A DNA stretch of 64,000 nt from an uncultured Alphaproteobacteria bacterium. GTDB lineage: Bacteria; Pseudomonadota; Alphaproteobacteria; Rhizobiales; Hyphomicrobiaceae. This document shows positions 19,438 through 30,555 of the stretch, one piece after another (positions within the stretch are counted from its first letter, which is position 1; every line of letters begins with the position of its first letter). The position numbers and the translations under genes were made by a program. The notes below the pieces were generated by a model. It searched no databases, had not been told where the DNA came from, and saw only the letters and a list, made by a program, of their open reading frames with translations. The stretch is taken from contig CAVTJY010000003.1 of NCBI GenBank assembly GCA_963735125.1, positions 2,615-66,614 of the forward strand, in the 5' to 3' direction.

Positions 19438-22129
19438 CCATCCGCAACTTCGACTTCCTGCTGCGGCCGCGATCGGTGGCGCTGATCGGTGCCAGCACCA
19501 AGCCCGGCAGCGTGGGGCTCATCACGGCGCGAAACCTGCTCGGAGGCGGGTTTGCGGGGCCGGTCTGGCTCGTCAATCCGAAGTACGGCGCCATCGAGGG
19601 GCATGCCTGCCACCCCTCGGTCGCATCGCTGCCGGCCGCGCCGGATCTGGCCGTGCTGGTCACGCCGCCGGCAACCATCCCGGCGCTGATCGCCGAGCTC
19701 GGCGCCAAGGGCACGCGCGCCGCGGTGGTCATCACGGCGGGAATTCGCGACGACCTGAAGCGCGCCATGCTGGAGGCGGCGCGTCCGCACCTGCTGCGCA
19801 TCCAGGGTCCCAATTGCCTCGGCCTGATGGTGCCCGGCATCGGCCTCAATGCCAGCTTCTCGCACAGGCCGCCGCTTGCCGGTGACCTCGCCTTCCTGTC
19901 GCAATCGGGTGCGCTGATCACGGCCATCATCGACTGGGCGTGCGGCCGCAGCATCGGCTTCTCGCACGTGGTGTCGCTGGGCGACATGGCCGATGTCGAT
20001 TTCGGCGACATGCTGGACTACCTCGCCGGCGATGCGAAGAGCCGGGCCATCCTGCTGTACATGGAAGCGGTCACGCATGCGCCGAAGTTCCTGTCGGCGG
20101 CGCGCCGTGCCGCGCGGTCGAAGCCCGTCATCGTCGTCAAGGCCGGACGCGGCGCGACGGGCGCCAAGGCGGCCCTATCGCACACGGGAGCGTTGGCCGG
20201 AGCCGATGCCGCCTACGAGGCCGCTTTCCGCAGGGCTGGGCTGCTGCGCGTGCGCGAGCTCGACGATCTGTTCAGCGCCGCCGAGATCCTGGCGCGGCGT
20301 CCACAGCTCTCGGGCGACCGGCTGGCCATCCTCACCAACGGCGGCGGCGCCGGCGTGCTGGCGGCCGATCGCCTGGGCGATCTCGACGGCCGCCTCGCCG
20401 TCGCTCTCCGAGGCGACGCGCGCCGCGCTGGATCGCATCCTGCCGCCCACGTGGTCGCATGGCAATCCGGTCGACATCATCGGCGATGCGGACCCGGCGC
20501 GGTACGCCGGCGCCCTCGACGCGCTGATGGAGGACGACACGGCGGACGCGATCCTGGTCATGAACTGCCCGACGGCGCTGGCATCCAGCACCGCTGTCGC
20601 CGAAGAGGTGCTGGCGACACTGGAGCGGCGCACGAGCGCCGGCAAGCCCTGCAAGCCGATGATCACCAACTGGCTTGGCGACGGCGCGAGCCAGGCAGCG
20701 CGCCGGCTGTTCGCCGCCAACGGCATTGCGAGCTTTGCCACCCCGGCCGAGGCCATCGACGGTTTCATGCAGCTCGTGCGCTACGCGCGCGCGCAGGAGG
20801 AGCTGATGCGCACGCCGCCGTCGCTGGCCGGCTGATCTTGGGCTCGAGAGCGACAAGGCGGCGGCGATCATCGCCTCGGCGCTGGCGGCCGGGCGCACGG
20901 TGCTGTCGGAGGTGGAGGCGAAAGGCATGCTGGCCGCCTACGGCATTCCGGTCGTGCCGACACAGGTGGCGCGGACGCCGGAGGCCGTGGCCGAGCTAGC
21001 GGCGCCCTATATCGCCGAGCACGGCGCGGCGGTGGTCAAGATCCTGTCCGACGACATCTCGCACAAGTCCGATGTCGGCGGCGTGCGCCTGGGCCTGCGC
21101 AGCGCCGACGAGGCGCGGCGCGCTGCCGAGGACATGCTCGAGCGCATTGCCCGCCTCATGCCGCAGGCCGAGGATCGAGGGCTTCACCGTGCAGCCGATG
21201 ATCCGCCGCGCCGGAGGCGCACGAGCTGATCCTGGGCATGTCCGTCGATCCCACCTTCGGGCCGCTCATGATGTTCGGCGCCGGCGGCACGGCCGTCGAG
21301 GTCGCCCGCGATATCGCGCACGCGCTGCCGCCGCTCGATCTCAATCTGGCGCGCGACCTGATGCGGCAGACGCGGGTCTGGCGCTTCCTGCAGGGCTATC
21401 GCGACCGGCCCGCCGCCGATATCGAGCGCATCGGCGAGACGCTGGTGCGGCTCAGCTACCTGGTTGCCAACCACGCCGCAGATCCGCGAGATCGACATCA
21501 ATCCGCTGCTGGCCGACGACAAGGGCGTCATCGCGCTCGACGCGCGGGTGGTGGTCGCCGACCCGGCGAGCGACCCGCGCGTGCCGATGGCGATCCGGCC
21601 CTATCCGTCGCAATGGGAGGTGGATGCGCAAGTCGAGCCCGTGGGAGAGGTACGCATCCGCCCGATCCGCCCGGAGGACGAGAAGCTCTACGCGGACTTC
21701 TTCGCCCACGTGACGCCCGACGATCAGCGGCTGCGGTTCTTCACCGTGGCGCCCGAGCTCTCGCACCGCTTCCTGGCACGGCTGACGCAGATCGACTACG
21801 CGCGCGAGATGGCGTTCGTCGCCATCGCCAAGGCGTCCGGCGCGCTGCTGGGCGTGGTGCGCCTGGTGGCCGACCCCGACTACGTGCGGGCCGAATACGC
21901 CATCCTGGTCAGGTCGGACCTCAAGGGCCTGGGCCTCGGCTGGCGGCTGATGCAGCACCTCATCACCTACGCGAAGTCCGAGAAGCTCGAGCAACTGCAT
22001 GGCTCTGTGCTCGCCGGCAACTCCACCATGCTGCAGATGTGCCGCGAGCTCGGGTTTGCCATCGAGCGCGAGCCGGGAGACGACAGCGTGCGCCGCGTCG
22101 TCCTACAATTGGCCGGCCCGAGTTCCTGA
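19434..22129 (+). pseudogene. Acetate--CoA ligase (ADP-forming)-like / GNAT N-acetyltransferase fusion (Pat-type protein lysine acetyltransferase); at least 5 frame breaks
   Basis: CoA-binding and succinyl-CoA-synthetase-like domains (SVALIGASTKPGSVG..., RIQGPNCLGLM, SQSGAL), an ATP-grasp part (EVEAKGMLAAYGIPVV...) and a C-terminal GNAT (IRPIRPEDEKLYADFF...VRSDLKGLGLGWRLMQHLITYAK). The ATGA start overlaps the upstream gene. Confidence 0.75.
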
Positions 22130-22154
22130 GTGACCCGCGAAGGGATCGCATGTC

Positions 22155-24112
22155 ATGGCCTCAGACCAAGCAGTGTCAAGCCCACCGTTCGGCTCGCAGA
22201 TGCTGCAGGCCGCGCTGCAGACGGCTGTCGGCGCCATCATCATCATCGATCACCAGGGATTGATCCGCACCCTCAATGCTGCGGTCGAGAAGATGTTCGG
22301 GTTTTCCGGCGACGAGCTGATCGGCCGCAACGTCAATGTGCTGATGCCCGAGCCGTTTCGCAGCCGGCATGACGGCTACCTTCGCCATCATCTGGAGACG
22401 GGAGAGCGCAAGATCATCGGCATCGGCCGGCAGGTGATGGCCCGCCGCAAGAACGGGGCGATCTTTCCGGTTCACCTGTCGGTCAGCGAGTTCGAGGCCG
22501 AAGGGCAGAAATATCTTCACCGGCATCCTGCACGATCTTTCGGAGCAGCGCGTCGGGCGTGCTGGCGGAGCAGGGCCTGCTGCAGGCCATCTTCAACCAT
22601 CTCCCCGACGCCGTGCTGGTCGTCGATCCGCAAGGCAGGATCACGCTGTGCAACCCGGCCGTGGCGCGCGTGTTCGGCTACGCGCCGGAGGAGCTGATCG
22701 GCAAATCCGGTAGCCATCCTCCATGAAACGCCGGCCGAGTTCGAGCGCGCTCAGGAGTTCAACGAGCGGCTGAAGGAGCAGGAGCCCGCTGCGCCTCAGG
22801 GCGGCGCGGTTTCGTCGCAAGTCCGGCGAGGCATTCCCGGCCGAAACGGTCGCAACGCGCGCTGCATGACCAGGACGGCCAGTTCATCGGCTTCCTCTCC
22901 CTCAATCGCGACATCAGCCAGCAGGTCGTGCAGGACCAGGCGTTGCGCAAGTCGCAGCGCATGGAGGCGATCGGCCAGCTGACCGGCGGCATCGCCCATG
23001 ATTTCAACAACCTGCTGACGATCATCACCGGCAATCTCGAGCTGCTCGAGATGGAAATCGAGAGCGACGAGCAGCGCGACCTGCTGGCCCGCGCCAACGA
23101 CGCGGCGCTGATGGGCGCGCGGCTGACCAATCGGCTGCTGACCTTCGCGCGCCGCCGCCGGCTCGAGCCCGTCGTTCTCGACCTCAACGACCAGGTGCTG
23201 TCGATGGCCGAGCTGCTGCGCCGCACGCTGGGGGAGACGATCGCGCTCGTCCACGCTGCTGGCGCCGCGGCTGTGGTCGGTGCGGGCGGACCCGAGCGAG
23301 ATCGAGAACGCCGTGCTCAACCTCGCCATCAATGCGCGCGACGCCATGCCGGCCGGTGGCAAGCTGGTGCTCGAGACCAAGAACGTCGTGCTGGACGAGC
23401 GCGACGTCGCAACCGAGGTCGGCGTGCAGCCCGGCGACTACGTCCGCCTGTCCGTCTCCGACACGGGTGTCGGCATGAGCCCCGAGGTTCTCGCGCGCGT
23501 GTTCGAGCCGTTCTTCACGACCAAGGAGCCGGGCAAGGGGACCGGGCTCGGGCTGAGCGTGACTCTACGGCTTCGTCAAGCAGTCGGGGGGCCACGTCAC
23601 CGTCTACAGCGAGGTCGGCAAGGGCACGACGGTCAATCTCTACCTGCCCCGCGTGGCGACCGGGGTCGAAGCCATGGCTACCGCGCGCGGCGAACGGGCG
23701 GCGACCCCGCTTGCCGGCGAGACGATCCTGCTGGTGGAGGACAACGCCGAGGTGCGCAGGGTATCGGCGCGGCGGGTGCGCAATCTCGGCTACACCGTCA
23801 TCGAGGCCGAGAACGCAGCGGGCGCCATCGAGGTGCTGAGCTCGGGCCGGAAGGTCGACCTGATTTTCAGCGACGTCGTCATGCCGGGCGGCATGTCGGG
23901 CTTCGACCTGGCTCGGTGGGCGCGGCAGAATGCGCCGTCGGTGCGCGTCTTGCTGACATCGGGCTTCGCCGAGGACGTGGCACGGGCCGGCGAGGCGATT
24001 GCGCCGGACCTCGAGATCCTGCGCAAGCCGTACACGGGCGATGAGCTGGCGCTGCGCCCTCCAGTGCGGTCGTCGCGCGATGCCGACCCTCAGATCAGGG
24101 TCGGTTGCCTAG
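22155..24112 (+). pseudogene. fixL: Soluble hybrid sensor kinase with FixL-type heme PAS domain (PAS-PAS-HisKA-HATPase-receiver); at least 5 frame breaks; 3' end uncertain
   Basis: Heme-PAS signature NVNVLMPEPFRSRHDGYLRHHLETGERKIIGIGRQVMARRKNGAIFPVHLSVSEF. Compare B. japonicum FixL NILMPEP.RSRHD.Y..Y......IIGIGR.V.G.R.DG..FP..LS.GE. H-box GGIAHDFNNLLT, G-boxes DTGVGM...GKGTGLGLS, and a receiver ([12 protein letters not shown]...[15 protein letters not shown]...ILRKPY). Confidence 0.75.
24083..24104. terminator. Hairpin between the convergent fixL-like and fxkR-like genes
   Basis: ccgaccct-cagatc-agggtcgg, an 8-bp perfect stem immediately 3' of the response-regulator stop (24109). It has no strong U-tract. 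Confidence 0.45.
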
Positions 24113-24836
24113 AGCCGCTTGGCGTCGGCGGTGAAGGCGTAGCCGATGCCGCGCACGGTCTTGATCAGGCGAGGATGGTCGGGGTCGGCTTCGATCTTCT
24201 TGCGCAGCCGTCCCACCAGCGCATCGATCGAGCGGTCGAGCGGCGACCAATCGTGGCCCTTCAGCAGGTCCATGATGTTGTCGCGGGACAGAACGCGATG
24301 CGGCCGCTTGACGAAGATCTCGAGCAGGTTGAACTCGGCGGTCGTCAGCTCCTGCAGCTCGCCGCCCTGCGGGCGCAGCTCCCGGCGCGCGATGTCCAGC
24401 ACCATGCCGTCGAAGGCATAGCGCTCGTGCGCCGAGGGCTCGGCGCGACCGCTGCCTCGGCCGCGCCGTAGCGCCGCAGGACCGCGCGCACGCGGGCAAG
24501 CACCTCGCGCAGCTGAAACGGCTTGGCGATGTAGTCGTCGGCTCCCAGCTCCAGACCGACGACGCGGTCGATGGTGTCGCCCTTGCCGGTGATCATGACG
24601 ATGGGAACGTTGCAGCGCCCGCGCACCTCGCGCGCAAGCTCCAGGCCGTCATCGCCGCCAAGCGTCAGATCGAGCGTGATGAGGCTGACGGGGCCCTGCT
24701 CGATCCGGGCGCGCAACTCCGCGCCATTGCAGGCTTCCGTGACCTGAAAGCCTTCGCGCTCGAAGCACTTGCGCAGAAGCGCTCGAATCTCGGGCTCGTC
24801 GTCGACGACGAGGATGTGACCGCTCGCGTTCGCCAT
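24109..24836 (-). pseudogene. fxkR: OmpR-family response regulator, FxkR-like by context; one frame break at ~24420
   Basis: Receiver (ILVVDDEPEIRALL...ITLDLTLGGDDGLEL...VPIVMITGKGDTIDRVVGLELGADDYIAKPF) in ORF 24345..24836. Winged helix (LTTAEFNLLEIFVKRPHRVLSRDNIMDLL...LVGRLRKKIEADPDHPRLIKTVRGIGYAF) in ORF 24109..24405. It sits between a hybrid FixL and fixK. Confidence 0.6.
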
Positions 24837-24947
24837 CTGTTCGCATGGGATATCGATGCCGGTTTGGCGGATATTCGCCTGTCGAGAGGGCTTGTCGGAG
24901 CGACCGGCAAGCGCGCCTTTCTGGACTGCGCCACTGCAGCCGCGATC

Positions 24948-25383
24948 TCAGCGGCAGATCAGCACGGGGACCGTCGAATGCGTCAGCACGCGCACGGCCT
25001 GGCTGCCGAGCAGCACGCGTGACAGACCACGCCGTCCATGTGACGCCATGACGATCAGGTCGCAGCCCTTGTCCTTGGCCGTCAGGATGATGCCTTCGGC
25101 AGGGAACTCCGTCACGTGCACGGTTTCGCACGCTACGCCCTGCGTTCTGCGCCTGAGCGGCGACGGCGGCCAGGATGCGGGCGGCGTTCTGGGCGGCCGC
25201 CTTCTCGTACTCATCGACCGGAAACACGAATGCTCCCTCGCCGGGCACCATCGCCGCCCAGGCTTCGGTGACGGTGACGGCGGTAACCTTCGCGCCGAGT
25301 GTCTTGGCGAGCTGCAGTCCGGTTGCGACGGCCTTGCCGGCCAGCTCCGATCCGTCCGTGGCGATCAGCAGGTGCTTGTACAT
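24948..25383 (-). pseudogene. Universal stress protein (UspA family); one frame break at ~25150
   Basis: MYKHLLIATDGSELAGKAVATGLQLAKTLGAKVTAVTV... continues in ORF 24948..25214 as ...GVACETVHVTEFPAEGIILTAKDKGCDLIVMASHGRRGLSRVLLGSQAVRVLTHSTVPVLICR. Confidence 0.75.
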
Positions 25384-25441
25384 GGGTGTCTCCGGCGTTC
25401 GACCTCGGTAAATTCATAGGGCCGGCCCAACAAACCGGGCG

Positions 25442-25455
25442 TTGACGCACATCAA
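25442..25455. promoter_or_regulatory. FixK-type box TTGACGCACATCAA (TTGA-N6-TCAA)
   Basis: Located in the divergent usp (start 25383) / fixK (start 25588) intergenic region. Confidence 0.5.
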
Positions 25456-25490
25456 GTGCGGCAACGGTCTCTGGCGCCCGCGAAGCCGCT

Positions 25491-25520
25491 GTTACAATTT
25501 CTTACAATTTCTTTCACAAG
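25491..25520 (+). promoter_or_regulatory. K-box-like 10-bp direct repeats GTTACAATTT CTTACAATTT (CTTTCACAAG)
   Basis: Two perfect (G/C)TTACAATTT units in tandem plus a degenerate third, ending 82 nt upstream of the fixK ATG. They fit the GTTACA-N4-GTTACA direct-repeat logic reported for FxkR targets in Rhizobium etli, as I recall it. Confidence 0.55.
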
Positions 25521-25587
25521 CGCCGAATGGCTGCGGCCGGGCACTGGTTTCCTGCGTCCACGAGATGCTCGAACAGGGAAGCCCACC

Positions 25588-26303
25588 ATGCTCTCACAGG
25601 CGCTGTCCTCTCCCTCCTCCATCCTGCTGCCGCTGGCTCACACCAAGCCTTGCGAGACGCCCGCCCCGCGCACGCTGCATGAGCACTTTGCGCGCGCACC
25701 CATGCGCTCCCTCGCCGCCAAGGAGCATGTCTTCACGGAGGGCGACCCCAGATCCAACCTCTATCGGGTCGAGGCGGTGCGGTGTGCCTCTACAAGGTCA
25801 TGGGGGACGGCCGCCGGCAGGTGCTGGGCTTTGCCTACCCGGGCGATCTGATCGGCCTCGGCGCCTGCAACGACCATCAATGCAACGCGCAGGCCACCAA
25901 GCGGTCCCAGCTTCGCTCGGTGCCGTGGAACACGGTGCAGCGCCTCGCGCGGCAGGACCCGGCGCTCGGCCTGAAGCTGTACGAGGCGATCTCCGAGGAG
26001 CTGGCGGCCGCGCATGACCTGCTGCTCACGACGGGGCAGCGCAGTGCGGCGGAGCGCGTGGCGACCTTCCTGCTGGCCACGGTTCGGCGCTGTCGGCGCA
26101 CCGGCCAGGACGCAACCGTCATCGACCTGCCGATGACGCGCGCCGACATCGGCGATTTCCTCGGCCTGACCATCGAAACGGTCAGCCGGACCTTCACCAA
26201 GCTGCGGCAGCTCGGGGTCATTGATCTGGCGCAAAGCGCGCGCGTGCGCGTGCTCGATATTGATGCCCTGGAGGGGCTGGCGCAGGGGGATGTCGACCTT
26301 TGA
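25588..26303 (+). pseudogene. fixK: Crp/Fnr-family regulator FixK; one frame break at ~25776
   Basis: ...EHVFTEGDPRSNLYRVEA | (G)AVCLYKVMGDGRRQVLGFAYPGDLIGLG...RSAAERVATFLLATVRR...IDLPMTRADIGDFLGLTIETVSRTFTKLRQLGVIDL. No N-terminal Cys cluster, so FixK-type rather than FnrN-type. A one-G deficit in a G-run fits the break. Confidence 0.8.
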
Positions 26304-26395
26304 TCTTCGGTCCCACATGCGCAATCGACGCTTGGCCCGGTCAGGGCAGGCGCGGCAGCCAAGCGTCATCGGCGGCGCCCGAGGCTAGAGAACAC

Positions 26396-26876
26396 ATGGG
26401 AGAGAGCGCTGACCCGTTCCGGCTTGCAATCGGTGTCTTCCACGAACCCGAGCGGCTCGAGAGTGCCATCTCCGATCTGTTCGCGGACAACTTCGTGGCG
26501 CGGGACATGTGCCTGGTCGGAACGCGCCAGGCGTTCGACCGCCTGCTGCCGATGCCTGTAGCGCGAAACTGGCCGGGCGCACCTCACCGGGCAACTGCAA
26601 CCGCTGTCGCCGCTGGCCGACGACCCGGAGGTGGTTGCCACCGCGGGCGACCTGCTGTCGACGCTGCTCAGTCACGCCAGGTGGCAGGGCGGCGCCAGTA
26701 CGCCGCGCTCCTCGCCGCTGCAGGAGCTGCTGGCGCGCTCGTCCGAGCATATCGGGCACGGCGCCATCGCTCTGCTGGTCAGCGCGCCGGACCCGCTGCT
26801 GCAGCACCGCAGCTCGCGCATCCTGCTTCGGCATTCCGCCCACACCGTGCAGACGCACGAGTTCACGCCGAGATAG
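26396..26876 (+). pseudogene. Hypothetical protein between fixK and ccoN; at least 2 frame breaks
   Basis: MGESADPFRLAIGVFHEPERLESAISDLFADNFVARDMCLVGTRQAFDRLLP... continues through ...PLADDPEVVATAGDLLSTLLSHARWQGG...HGAIALLVSAPDPLLQHRSSRILLRHSAHTVQTHEFTPR. I recognise no domain. Confidence 0.4.
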
Positions 26877-26905
26877 CCGAGCAACCACAGTGCCGCAGCG
26901 CTTTC

Positions 26906-26919
26906 TTGATCTGCATCAA
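26906..26919. promoter_or_regulatory. FixK/FNR box TTGATCTGCATCAA upstream of ccoN
   Basis: Perfect TTGAT-N4-ATCAA, 85 nt upstream of the ccoN start. This is the canonical position for fixNOQP promoters. Confidence 0.8.
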
Positions 26920-27003
26920 CGCGGCCGGACAGTGCCCGGGCTATCACTTTGCGGCGCGCAATCGCTATCGATGGACTTTGCCGGTTGAGGGAGGCTAGGC
27001 GCA

Positions 27004-28675
27004 ATGGCTGCACCGGGGGTTGAGGAGCGGGCCGCGTTTGCCGACGCCATGGCGTTGATCGGCGCCGTGATGGGGGCAGGCCTCGGGCTGGCGCTGCTGT
27101 TCGGATCGCGCGATTCCGGCATGGCCTTCCATGGGTTGCTGTTCTTGCTGGCCGGCGTCGCTGGCCGCCGTCTTCGTGCTGCAGGGCTCGTTCGGCGACA
27201 CGGCAGCGCGATGGGCTGCGCGATGAGCCAATGACTACATGGACGGACCGATCAAGGTCGCGACCATCGCCGCCGTGATCTGGGGCATCGCGGGTTTCGT
27301 GGTCGGCGACGTCATCGCCTGGCAGCTCGCCTTTCCGCAGCTCAACCTCGATCTGCCGTGGACCAGCTTCGGCCGGCTGCGGCCGCTGCACACCTCGGCC
27401 GTGATCTTCGCCTTCGGCGGCAACGTGCTGCTCGCCAGTCGCTCTATGTGGTGCAGCGCACCTGCCATGCGCGCCTGGCCGGCCGCTGGTCGCCCTGGTT
27501 CGTGGTGTGGGGCTATCAGCTCTTCATCGCCGATTGCCGGCACCGGCTATCTGCTCGGCATCACGCAGAGCAAGGAATACGCCGAGCCCGAGTGGTACGC
27601 CGACCTGTGGCTGACCATCGTGTGGGTCGTCTATCTGCTCGTGTTCCTCGGCACGCTCGCCAAGCGCAAGGAACCGCACATCTACGTGGCGAACTGGTTC
27701 TTTCTCGCCTTCATCGTCACCATCGCCATGCTGCACGTCGTCAACAACGCGACGGTCCCCGTCAGCCTCACCAGCCCGAAGAGCTACATCGTCTACTCGG
27801 GCGTGCAGGATGCGATGACGCAATGGTGGTACGGCCACAACGCGGTCGGGCTTCTTCCTGACCGCCGGCTTCCTCGGCATCATGTACTATTTCATCCCGA
27901 AGCGCGTGGAGCGGCCGGTCTATTCCTACCGCCTGTCCATCGTGCACTTCTGGACGCTGATCTTCCTCTACATCTGGGCCGGCCCGCACCACCTGCACTA
28001 CACGGCGCTGCCCGACTGGGCGCAGACGCTCGGCATGACGTTCTCGATCATGCTGTGGATGCCGTCGTGGGGCGGCATGATCAACGGCCTCATGACGCTG
28101 TCGGGCGCCTGGGACAAGCTGCGCACCGACCCGGTCGTGCGCCTGCTCGTCGTGTCGGTCGCCTTCTACGGCATGTCGACCTTCGAGGGGCCGGTGATGA
28201 GCATCAAGGCGGTCAACTCGCTGTCCCACTACACCGACTGGACCATCGGGCACGTGCATTCCGGCGCGCTCGGCTGGGTCGCCATGGTGTCGTTCGGCGC
28301 CATCTACTGCCTGGTGCCGTGGCTGTGGGGCCGGCGCGGGCTCTACTCGATCCGCCTGGTCGAATGGCACTTCTGGACCGCGACCATCGGCATCCTGCTC
28401 TACATCACCGCCATGTGGGTGTCGGGCATCACGCAGGGCTGATGTGGCGCGCCTACGACAAGCTGGGCTTCCTGCAGTACTCGTTCATCGAGACCGTCGA
28501 GGCGATGAAGCCCTACTACATGATCCGCGCCGTCGGCGGGCTGCTGTTCGTGCTCGGCTCACTGATCATGGCCTACAACGTCTGGCGCACCGTGCGCGGC
28601 GACGAGCCCGTCGACGCGGCCGACCAGCCCCGCATCGCCGCCGCGCCCGAGCTGCGCCTGGCGCCGGCGGAATAG
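27004..28675 (+). pseudogene. ccoN: cbb3-type cytochrome c oxidase subunit I (CcoN/FixN); at least 5 frame breaks
   Basis: [93 protein letters not shown] and MWRAYDKLGFLQYSFIETVEAMKPYYMIRA, read across all three frames. Confidence 0.9.
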
Positions 28676-28685
28676 GGGGCATCCC

Positions 28686-29416
28686 ATGAAACACGAAGTC
28701 TTCGAGAAGAACTCGATCCTGCTGCTGATCGGCATCCTGGTGGTGGTGTCGATCGGCGGCATCGTGCAGATCGCGCCCCTGTTCTGGGTCGAGAGCACGA
28801 TCGAGAGGGTGAAGGGCATGCGGCCCTACTCGCCGCTCGAGCAGGCCGGCCGCGACATCTACATCCGCGAGGGCTGCTACGGCTGCCACAGCCAGATGGT
28901 GCGCACGCTGCGCGACGAGGTGGAGCGCTACGGCCACTACAGCCTCGCGGCCGAGAGCATGTACGACCATCCCTTCCAGTGGGGCTCCAAGCGCACCGGG
29001 CCGGACCTCGCCCGCGTCGGCGGCAAGTACTCCGACCAATGGCAGGCCGAGCACCTGATCAATCCGCGCGCCGTCGTGCCGGAGAGCATCATGCCGGGCT
29101 ATCCCTGGCTCGCCGAGACCAAGCTCGACACGGAGGACATCGTCGCCCGGCTGAAGACGCTGAGAGCTGGTCGGCGTTCCCTACACCGACGAGATGATCG
29201 ACAAGGCGAAGGCCGACCTGGCGGCCCAGGTCGTGCCCGACAGCCGGCCGGCGCGCGAGATGCTGCGCCGCTATCCCAAGGCCAAGGTGGCCAAGTTCGA
29301 CGGCAAGGCCGACACCCAGCCGACCGAGCTCGACGCGCTGGTCGCCTACCTGCAGGTGCTGGGCACGCTCGTCGATTTCGCGACCTTCGACGCCTCCGGC
29401 CCGAACTGCACGATGA
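28686..29416 (+). pseudogene. ccoO: cbb3-type cytochrome c oxidase subunit II, monoheme (CcoO/FixO); frame break at ~29168 and lost stop
   Basis: [16 protein letters not shown]...[63 protein letters not shown], then [21 protein letters not shown]...[14 protein letters not shown] in ORF 29194. As given, that frame runs straight into ccoQ without a stop. Confidence 0.9.
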
Positions 29417-29427
29417 GGGCCGCATCC

Positions 29428-29612
29428 ATGACCTATGACACGATCGCGACGATCAGCCAGGTGACCTCGCTGCTGATGTTCATCGGCATGTTCGCAGCCG
29501 TGCTGGCCTACGCGCTGTGGCCCAGGAACGGGCCGCGCTTCGAGGCGGTGCAGCGACGTGCGCTCGATCTTGCCGACAAGCCGGCGACGGCAGCGAGCGG
29601 AGGCCCCGATGA
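29428..29612 (+). pseudogene. ccoQ: cbb3-type oxidase small subunit CcoQ/FixQ; stop out of frame
   Basis: [48 protein letters not shown], preceded by a GAGGG SD. The expected ATGA-coupled stop at 29610 is one base out of frame. Confidence 0.6.
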
Positions 29613-30479
29613 GCAAGCCCGAGATCGATCAGGTCACCGGGGTCGAGACCACCGGGCACGAATGGGACGGCGTCAAGGAGCTGAACAAGCCGCTGCCCAG
29701 GTGGTGGGTGTTGACCTTCTACGCCACCATCGTCTGGGCCATCGGCTATTGGATCGTCTATCCCGCGTGGCCGACACTTCGCCGGCTACACGCAAGGGCG
29801 TGCTGGGCTACAGTCAGCGCGAGGTGGTGGCGGGCGAGGTCGACGCGGCGCAAGGCGGCACAAGCGCAGTTCCGCGACAAGCTGGCGGCGACACCGCTCG
29901 ACCAGGTGAAGTCGGATCCCGACCTGTTGCGCTTCGCCATCGCCGGCGGCGCCGCCGCGTTCCAGACCAACTGCGCGCCCTGCCATGGCCGCGGCGCCCA
30001 GGGCTTCGCCGGCTACCCCAACCTCAACGACGACGACTGGCTGTGGGGCGGCAGCATCGACGACATCCACAAGACCATCGGCTCGGGCATCCGCTCCGAC
30101 CAGAAGGAAACGCGCGCCTCGCAGATGCCGCGCTACGGGATCGACAAGCTGCTCGACGACAAGCAGATCAGCGACGCGGCCGAGTACGTGCTGTCGCTGT
30201 CGGGCAGGGCCGGCGATCAAGCCGCGGTGGCGCGGGGCCAGGCCATCTTCGCCGAGCAATGCGCCTCGTGCCACGGGACCGGACGGCAAGGGCAAGCAGG
30301 AGCAGGGCGCTCCCAACCTGACCGACGCCATCTGGCTCTACGGCGACAGCCGGCCGGCGATCGTGGAAAGCATCAGGACCGGGCGCGGCGGCATGATGCC
30401 CGCCTGGACCGGCCGGCTGGATCCCGTGACGCTGAAGTCGCTGGCCGTCTACGTCCACACCCTCGGCGGCGGGAAGTAG
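29609..30479 (+). pseudogene. ccoP: cbb3-type cytochrome c oxidase diheme subunit III (CcoP/FixP); 3 frame breaks
   Basis: MSKPEIDQVTGVETTGHEWDGVKELNKPLPRWWVLTFYATIVWAIGYWIVYPAWP, two heme-c sites (NCAPCHGRGAQG and CASCHGT), and the C-terminus GGMMPAWTGRLDPVTLKSLAVYVHTLGGGK. Confidence 0.9.
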
Positions 30480-30555
30480 GTCGCGGTGGAATATGAAGGC
30501 GTGCGTTGGGCCAGCCCAGGCTCGTGCGGCCGTTTCTTGTGCGGCCTGGTGCCAT

